From positions 44,609,735-44,625,914 of the forward strand of contig JANKJI020000002.1 in the NCBI GenBank assembly GCA_024626585.2: DNA of 16,180 bases, in the 5' to 3' direction. The position numbers and the translations under genes are program-made. Source of the DNA: Ginkgo biloba. Lineage: Eukaryota > Plantae > Ginkgophyta. This document shows positions 1 through 9,500 of this stretch, in pieces (the stretch's first letter is position 1; each line of letters begins with the position of its first letter). The notes beneath the pieces are model-generated. The model was not told where the DNA came from. It saw nothing but the letters and a program-made list of their open reading frames with translations, and searched no databases.

Positions 1-492
1 GGTACGGAGCTGTTACATTCACCAGAGGGAAATTTTCTTTATACTGATACATTCCAGGCTGTAGGTTCATTTGATATCCAAATTCCTTAGCATCGTCTTT
101 CCACTTTTTGGTTGTACAAGAAATAGTCATTGAATGGCACAGTAAATGCACTAGAATCATAGGCTTCCCTCACATTCTTCATTTGCTGAGTCTCTGCTCC
201 CTTAGGCTGGTAGTTGAGGTGGCCAATAACTTATGCTGAGGCAGAATTCCCTGCACTGGTATTCTAAATATGCCGTCTATTCAATTTATAAGGAACAGAA
301 AACACATTGTGGCCTGTAATGTCATCTTGGTCCGTGTTTAGTAATTGTTTAGTGCATCCCACGTATTTACCCCTTGGTGTTACCTTCATCGAGAGCTGTT
401 ATTCTATAAATACCATGTATTGAGAGAATGCAGAAGTAATATATTGAGTAGGTAGGCTTTCAGATCTCTAATAGAAGTTTTGTTGGGTGCAG

Positions 493-576
493 GGTATTCA
501 CCCAAGAGATATGGACCTGCTGGTTGGCAACTTTTTCATTCCTAAACGCTCTAATATTGCTATGAGGAAGGAAAAG
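493..576 (+). CDS. MRS2: MRS2-like exon A (GIHPRDMDLLVGNFFIPKRSNIAMRKEK), phase 0-0
   Basis: Acceptor gtgcAG at 491-492, donor AAG|GTGCAT at 577; 84 nt, open frame, PRD motif. Confidence 0.85.
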
Positions 577-3500
577 GTGCATTTAATCACTAAAGTTTGC
601 ACAGAAGATGATGTTATTATTATTAATTATATTCATACTCTCTAAGGGTAATAATGTAATTTCTTTGCTTATAAGCATATAGTTGAGAGACATGATAACA
701 ACCAGGATTAGTCAATTATTTACATGTTGTAAAGTGAATTTTGTTGGCATTATGTTTTACAGGTGTTGATAAGGATGGAAAATGTCAGAGCTCTTGTTTG
801 CAAGGATTACTGTTTTCTTTTTGATGCACATCACCCACGGTGCGATAACTGCCATTCTTGTTCTTGAANNNNNNNNNNNNNTATCTTCTCACCAGTCTTT
901 GGAATAAAACTCCAATAACATTCTATAGGTTTTCTAAAGCTTGCCCTTTTTTTCATACTCAATTATATAAGCTGAAATAGTATTAGGCTATTAGCTCCTT
1001 GTAAGGGTGGCTGTGTTCATAATATGGAAACACTTACTGGATATCAAAGTTAGTGCACATGTTTGTTATATGGTGAATAAGGACTTTAAAGGCTTTTATC
1101 TTTCTACTTCTAGAGCAGTAGGCTTGTAGAGTGAAAATTGGACTGTTGACTTGATCAAATGCTTCTGGTTTGCAGCAAACAATTGAATAGGATGCAGCTT
1201 CTTTCACCAAAATTGTGTGTCTCGCGGCAAGAGGCTTTGCAAAAGTTAGTAACGATATCCATATCTCTGTCATTAAAGACTAATTGTATGCATATTTATA
1301 TATTTACAGACAAGTGCTATTTCAGTCAATTGCTATCTTTATNNNNNNNNNNNNNNNNNNNNNNNNNNNNNNNNNNNNNNNNNNNNNNNNNNNNNNNNNN
1401 NNNNNNNNNNNNNNNNNNNNNNNNNNNNNNNNNNNNNNNNNNNNNNNNNNNNNNNNNNNNNNNNNNNNNNNNNNNNNNNNNNNNNNNNNNNNNNNNNNNN
1501 NNNNNNNNNNATTTTTGTTTTGAATTTCTAGCTTGGGAGTTGCTATCGAATTATGGAGTTAAGTTATATTTTGAGTCTTTTGGAGGGACGTGAACTGCTT
1601 ACATTACCAATTAGCAGCCAGTCTGCCAAAGTGGGCATGGTTCATGTGGTTGGTGCTTGGAACTGCCATGCCCAAGTGGCTTGATTGAAAATCCGAAAAT
1701 CCTTTGGAAGGCAACCAGGGAAGAGATAAATGAAATGCATGATCTCTAACGTATATGAATTACAACAATAATTAATGTGAATAGCATGGAAGCACAAAGA
1801 GAGAATATACTTCGGTTGGGTATGCAAAGATATTTTCTTACTATTTGCAGCAGTATTGGTCATTTCTTTATCTCATTATGAAGTTTCTTCAATAGCTTGA
1901 TCCGATGAAAGATGAACTTTCCAAAGAATAAAGCTCACCTACTTGCTACAAGTTGGGGAATCAACCGGAATGTGCAAGGAAAAATAGTTCAAGCAACAGA
2001 AGAAATAACCAAGTCCAAACTAGAGCAACCCTGACGATTGACTCTTGAATTGAATGCTTGAATGCTGTAAAGATTATTGGTAGAAACTAAATAATAAGAT
2101 AGATAGATAGATTGATGGTGAAAAGGTTTCTTGCACTGGTTTATGTGGAAACCAACATCTACATGTGGGAAATTATGCTCTTAAATCAGACTTTTATGTA
2201 ATTCCAATGGGAGGAGTTGATGTTGTGTTGGGAGCGCAATGGCTTAAGATGCTTGGAGAGTTCAAAATGAATATGAAGAAGTTATACATCAGATTTATGG
2301 AAGATGGGACCAAAGTAACACTCAAAAGGATTTTCACTCCCTTTCTCTAAAACCGTTTGAGTTCACCAATTGAAATGACAAGTCCAAAAGGGAGCTTGCT
2401 TCTTTGTGGTTTAGGTCTATGCTTCTCAAATTCTGAAGTCTACTAATTCAATTCATAATCAAAAGGAAATGGATGCTTCAAAAGGTGCTTTGTAGGAATT
2501 TAGAGATGTGTTTCAAGAATTAACTCTAAGGGTGCCTTCGGATTGTGGTACGGAATACATAGTTGAACTGAAAGCTGGAACAAAACCAATTATGATTGCA
2601 CCCTACTGACATCCCCATTCGTACAAGGATGAAATCAAGAAGATAGAATACAATTAAGGAGCTATTGGAGAAGGGGCATGCCATTCAAAGCAAAAGCCCA
2701 TTTGCTACGTTAGTCATCATGGTAAGGAAAAAGAATGGATCCCACAATCTCTGAGTGGACCATCGAGCTTTAAACAAATCTACAATCAAGACTTGCTTCC
2801 CAATTCCATGCATAGATGAGTTGATGGACTAGCTTTATGGAGTGAAGATGTCTTCAAAGATAGACCTCAGATCTGGTTAGCATCAAATAAATATCAGATT
2901 TGAGGATTCATACAAAATGGCCTTTCATACCCATGAAGGTCATTATGAATTCTTAATGATGTCCTTTAGGTTCATTAGAATATTAACCACTTTTGAAGGA
3001 ACAATGAATAATGAATTTAATGATTTCATTCATAAATTTATGCTAATATTTTCTAATGACATATTGGTTTATAGTTATGATTAGAATTCTCACCTATAAC
3101 ACTTGAGACAGGGCCTTCACTTTCTTTGAGAAAGTCATATTTTTGCTAAGGAGTCTAAGTGTTTGTTTGGAGAATTTGAACTAGAATGCCTTGTTCACAT
3201 TATCCTCAAAGAAGGATTTAAGTTAAATCCAATAAAGATTCAAGAGGTAATGGATTGGCCAACCCCAAAAACCTTAACTTAGTTATAACATTTTCTGTAN
3301 NNNNNNNNNNNNNNNNNNNNNNNNNNNNNNNNNNNNNNNNNNNNNNNNNNNNNNNNNNNNNNNNNNNNNNNNNNNNNNNNNNNNNNNNNNNNNNNNNNNT
3401 CGTACATCTGGTGTAGTGTGTTGATTCTTGTGTATTCGCAAATTTCCTCGCTATCGTCCGTGATCCTGAGTTCACATGGTCAATGCATAATTCTGGTTAG

Positions 3501-6500
3501 AAATCGATGAGGACTTCCACATTTAAAGACACAATTCCTATGGAAAAAAACCACTACATCTTCTCAAACAAACCTCTAGCAAAACTCACTTCTTTCATCA
3601 CCTCCTAAAGGAGGTTAAGCATGTCTTACTAGCATAAAATTGGGTTGAGCTCAACATATGTGGCAAATAAAGGGTCATTTTGTTAGAAATAAAAAAACAA
3701 GGAAAAGGTTTTCAGCCTCCAAAGGATTGTGAGGGATATGAAAGCCAAGCATGGGGTTATTCTGAAGTTTGCATTACAATGGTCCAACATACTCTGGTCA
3801 ATACAAGTGGTGTTTCCCTCGTATGACTATTTAGGAGGCATCTAGTTGGTTCATAGCATTAACTATAGTGCTTGAAATAGAAGTTTAAAGAAGATTTCAA
3901 GCGTGAAATGACATTTCTTTTGTGTTGTGATCGAGGATATTGTCCAAAAAAGGCTAGCCATAGTTAGTATTGGTATGCCATTGCAAATTATGAATGATTT
4001 TGTGGAGCTTGGCCCTAGTTGCATGCGTCGAACTGTTGTTCATGAATTGGTAGTAACTATATGATAGAAATCAGATGCACTTGTTTGCATTAAGCAATAT
4101 CATATTATCATTGATTCCATCACATCCTGGGCATTTGCCCAAGCAATCAACTTCACTTATCAAGAAATCAATGCAGTAAAGGTCAAGGGAAACAAGTCTA
4201 GTACTTCTCTAAAAAACATGTATGTTGGCATATTCAATGAGAAAAATGACGAAGATATATATTGCAACTAGTGAAATTTGTTACCTATTTGATGGTTTCA
4301 AATATATGTCTATAATCCATTTTAATGAGGGCTCTATAGGTCCATATTTTGTGGTCGGGTAACTTGGTTATTTGTTATAAGATTTGATTATCTAGCTTTT
4401 ATGTTGTACCCACTCTCCATTGGGTTCATAGAGCATGTTCTTTTTTTCTATGTTATGGTAAAATGTTTCTCATAATCAAGACAATCATGCATTTTTTTTT
4501 TTTNNNNNNNNNNNNNNNNNNNNNNNNNNNNNNNNNNNNNNNNNNNNNNNNNNNNNNNNNNNNNNNNNNNNNNNNNNNNNNNNNNNNNNNNNNNNNNNNN
4601 NNNAGATAGTTGTCTAAGGATTAAATGAATTATTTCATAATGGAAAGAGAAGAATTAGGAATGTTTTATTTGATTTAAAAGTTTTGACATTATTTTTTGG
4701 AAACTAAATTTGAGTTCTTTATGGATCATGAAGCACCCAAATACATAGAAAATAAGAATATTCAACTAGAGAGGTTGAGTAGATAGATACAAGAATATGA
4801 TTTTAAGATATTCTTAAAACTTTAAAAATCATATGTGGGACTTGATTATCTATCAAGAATAGATAATGTAGAGGAAGAAGTAATAAAAGATGAATTTCTT
4901 TATGCACATCTATTTAGGATAGATATTATCCCAAATTGATTTCAATAAACCATAAAATAAACAAAAGACAGCAATAGCAACAGTACAAGAAATTAGATGA
5001 TGAGACATGTCTGAGCCCCTTTGTTATATAGGCTATGAGGAAGAGTTTTCTTATAATGGTTCATCCATCTTACCTTGCTTTATTAAGCTATGTCAGGTGA
5101 GCTTTCAATCATCTCTTTGGCCCTGTTTTAATTATTTATTGTACTGCCAATCAACTTCTTTAATGCACATTCTAGACTTTAACCAGAGGAAATATGAGTT
5201 TATGTTTTCACCCTTGCCCCTTGAAAATAGGAAACTTGTTTAATTCATTTTGAGTGACAAGGTAAGGTCTACTCTTCAAGGCTTATCAACAAAATTGAGC
5301 TTCGATAGTGACAATCATTCGTAAACATATGGTCTATGAGAACATGCTAATAGTTATTGGAAAACCTAGTTTCAGTCTATCTGGTCTGGTAATAGATAAC
5401 TTGGTAAGAGCAAGAGGCACTTTTCCACATTGTCGATGTTAGCAATAAGAGGTTTTCTAGTTCAATGTCACATGATAAATGGTTCTGACCCATTGGTTTC
5501 ATTTAGATTTGCGATTTTGCATAAAACATCATATGCCAAAATGAGATGATTGCAGACATGAAATGTTCTAGATATATGTAACTAGAATTTTAGGTAGTCT
5601 CAAGAGATATTTGATTTTATGGAGATTCAAAATGAACTGTATTTGTTTGAATATCAGGGTGTTGCTAGGAAGCCTAGATGCTCAAGAAAATTTATGAACT
5701 TGCTGCAAATGAACTTCTTGCAAATGTTGTATGGTTGTTTTCCAGTTCCAAATCTTTTGTAGGGTCCTTGAGNNNNNNNNNNTTTTGTCTAGGATGCTTG
5801 TTTATTGTTAGGTTAAGAAGCATTGACACAACTTTGTCTTTGATGCGTGCTTTGCTTTCTTACAAAATGTGAATGCACATGCATTAAAGGAAATAGAAAA
5901 TAGAAATGAATTGACGAGAGTAAAGTATGCTGCTGCTCGGGAATTTTGATGTTGGCAGTTGTCGTTTAGCTTTGTCTCTTTCAAATGTGTTGTTGGTTGT
6001 TTGGTTTAAATCAATTACATATTTCTGCTTGTTTTCTCACTATATCAGTTGTTTTTCATGTTTTTCTTAGAGCAAGGGAAGCTTTTGCACTGTCTATGGC
6101 CGAGTATGCCAAGCAAACTCCTTCAAGTCTGCATACTATTTCCAATAACCAATTCTATTTCANNNNNNNNNNGCATGATAGAGTGCATGCTTGAAGAAAC
6201 ATGCAACTTTTTTCATCAAAAGGTTGAAAGGTACTTTCACTTTTGCTAAAACTGTTTTTGACTTTCTACTTCATGGACTTGGCTAAGATAGCTAGGCTTT
6301 TGAGTCTTGTGCATAGATATAATCTTTTAGTAACACATGCTTTTTTGTGAAGGTTGAAGATAGTTGTCGAGAGAATTCTAGAGGATTTGACCAACGACGT
6401 GAATATGGGAGGGTAGGTAACATTTTTATTGTTAGTTTTAAAGAAGCTATTCTTTAATTTGAATAATTTCCTTGTGTAAATTAATGTTATTGTTCAATGT

Positions 6501-9500
6501 TGTCATATGAGTTCAAACCAAGAGTTATCATTAAACCCCCAATTTTGAGACCGTCTCATTTTGTATACATTAGTNNNNNNNNNNNNNNNNNNNNNNNNNN
6601 NNNNNNNNNNNNNNNNNNNNNNNNNNNNNNNNNNNNNNNNNNNNNNNNNNNNNNNNNNNNNNNNNNNNNNNNNNTCCGTTGGCAATACCTACGCCAAAGA
6701 CATTGCCAAGGTGTTCAAGACTACACAGTTGAATTTCGAAAGCAAGCAATCTTGATGGCCATTATTGAAGATGCATTCGTCTTCAATTAGACCACTTCAT
6801 CATTCTGGACCTTTCTATAATGGTTATAACATATTATCAAATAGTAGTTTGTTGGTAGGTGTCAATTGTTTCTAACAATCTCTCATTCGTTCTTGGGCCA
6901 CCCATCTCGGATCAAACATTGTGTCTGTTTTCCTCCACTCTGAGTGACATCACTTGTTGTGCTAATCTTTGTTAATAACAATTGCACTCCCATTACTTGC
7001 TTTTTGTGAATTGGCACAATTAGTTGGAGCACTGCAACCATTTGGATGTTGGTGCGATTGCTCGAAGCGATGCTACTTTGGATCATAGGAACAACATAAG
7101 ATCAAAAGTAAATTATTTAAAGTTGGTTATTAAAAATTGGCCTCGATCACATAAAGAAACCAAACAATGACTTAAGTAGGGGAAGTCTACATTAAGACCT
7201 TAATAATAAACTATTAGTGTTAATTCATGAACAACTAACCTGTCATATTAATGCTTCCACTTGACATCGAGTTAGTGAAGCCTTTTATTTAACCCTCTTA
7301 GAGTTTAGTTTCTTGCTTAAGTGTTCCCGCAACCCCNNNNNNNNNNNNNNACTTATCAAGTTTAATATCCTTGATCCTCCCTCTTCCCTAGTCTCTCATA
7401 AAGAAACCTATCATCATGACTAACTCGAGAATAGATATGCCAAATCGGAACCCAGGAAAAGTGCACAGTGAAGATGGAATTTTTAAACTACAAGTCAAAT
7501 ATGAAGAAAAAATTAAGCAACGTTACTTAGAACATAGGCGACTTCAAGAAAAGAATGAAGTCAATATAGGATATATTACAAGAAATGCAAAGGCAATTGC
7601 GACATCAATGACAAATTATTATTCAACAAGTGCCACTTGAAATAGCAAAGGAACAAGAGAAAGTAGTAGAAGTAGAAGCATAATTACCATCAGGTTAGGA
7701 AATCCATAAAGCATTAAATGATCACTACAATACACCACAAAGTAGATAGACATACAATAGAAATCGATGAGCAAATGAAGAAACACCTATGGAAGAATGC
7801 GGTAAGGAAAACGCACAAAAACTAATAGAAGATATTGCCAATGATAGACTGACAAATGCTCTTAATGATGACATCATCAAATAATCACAAATAGAAAACA
7901 TGGAAATATCATTAATATCAACGATTGAGATACCAAGGTTGGACACCTCTATCAAAATATTAGAAAAGATGGAAATAAATGAAGATAACACAATCAAGCA
8001 ACTTATCTTATGATAAAAGAACCCTGAGATATGCCTCCCTACTTACCAATTGATAAAACAATTTTGTACCAAGATCACTTTGACGTAATCCACAACACAA
8101 GAGGTTTTTAGCAACAAAGACAAAATGCCACCAATTTGTTACCCTATTAACTTCAACAATACTATTCGTCATACATGGAAAATCGCTTGGAATTTTGAAA
8201 TGAATACCAATGGACACCTGCATCATAAGACATTAAATCATAACACTATGCAATATGAAAATACTCTTCATGCTAAGATAAAAAGTAACTAGAAGTTAAC
8301 ATCCATCGGCAAGCACTAGAACATCGATGATGTAGACAACATCAATTAATTGCTAGAGGAAGCCTCACTTGTCAGTATGTGAGTAGATAAACCAAAGAAA
8401 TAGAATTGATGTCAAAACGNNNNNNNNNNNNNNNNNNNNNNNNNNNNNNNNNNNNNNNNNNNNNNNNNNNNNNNNNNNNNNNNNNNNNNNNNNNNNNNNN
8501 NNNNNNNNNNNNNNNNNNNGAAGTCCCATGAATTCTACAATAGCTTCATCATTTTGAAAGAGTTCAAGTGGTGTATGATCTTATTAATCTTGGGCAATGT
8601 GTTCAGGATATGGAATGTCAAGGTTAATAGTAGGGATGGCGATGTTTATGAAAGGATTAGTGGAAGAAATCTCATCATAGATTCTATGAAAGGAACCTAT
8701 TTCATTGCTATAAGAATCTTCCTAATAAACTATGGAAGTGTTGGTAAGATCCTTGCACTGATTGTTAGGAGGTTTGTAGTTAATTCCATGATATTCTTGA
8801 TTTAGACATATAGATATAGGCTCTAGGATCCCTTGTTCATGGATGCCTAGTCCTTTGCCTTTATAGTGCCTAATTTGATAAATTTTATTTACTATGGAAT
8901 ACTTCTTGCTTTAAAAATAAGAGGCTAGGTTATTTTTGTATGACAAGGAATTCGTGGAGTTATGGATATTTTTTGTTGCCAAAAATCCTGATAGTATAAA
9001 GGTAGTTAGTCCAAACTAATGGGATTCTTGTTGTTATTGTTTATTTAGGTTGGACAAGCTATAGAGTATAGCTACATGGGATGCATGTTGGCTTTCACCA
9101 TCTATAAGTACCTTTGTCACTTGGGGTTTGGTGATGGACGATTTAATGTATGGAGAGGGATTATGTGATGATGCGATTGGAGGTATGTCCTTTTTATTAA
9201 AATGGATTTTTAAATTATAGACAAACGTCCATTGAGAGATTGGATTTTGGATGGGCGAATGTTGATAGGGACTCTTAACTCTTGAAGGAAGATGTCCTTA
9301 TGAATAGTAGATGTATTGAGAAGATTCTGGATGGAAGGATTCTTCTCAAGTTATTTGATAAGATTATATTACCTTTCAGGAGTAGGTAGAGGAGGCCTTA
9401 GGACAATGATTTTGTTTTTCCTAGATGCGACAATGCAATCTAGGGATTTGACTTTGATGGGGTTGACATGGTTATTTTTATGTTCAACAATAATTTTATA

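Noticed and set aside
1-7. G|GTACGG as the donor of the preceding MRS2 exon
   Set aside because: Plausible, but only one exonic base would be in the window, so it cannot be supported.
1191-1244. Alternative phase-0 reading DAASFTKIVCLAARGFAK joined to 5032-5096 in phase 0
   Set aside because: Requires a phase-0 donor upstream, but exon B ends in phase 2; it would need an unseen exon in the 869-881 gap.
1159-1593. 144-aa and 79-aa ORFs spanning the 1343-1510 gap
   Set aside because: Gap artefacts; only 1176-1244 is plausibly coding, as an exon.
1631-1674. Imperfect inverted repeat TGGGCATGG...CCATGCCCA as a miRNA or structured RNA
   Set aside because: The core stem is only about 9 bp, too short for a plant pre-miRNA.
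2097-2112. (GATA)n microsatellite
   Set aside because: Only about four units; unremarkable apart from marking the edge of the gypsy fragment.
5695-5727. 15-bp tandem duplication ATGAACTTGCTGCAA/ATGAACTTCTTGCAA near a tatcAG acceptor-like site
   Set aside because: Trivial local duplication; the phase-2 reading from that acceptor hits a stop and shows no motif.
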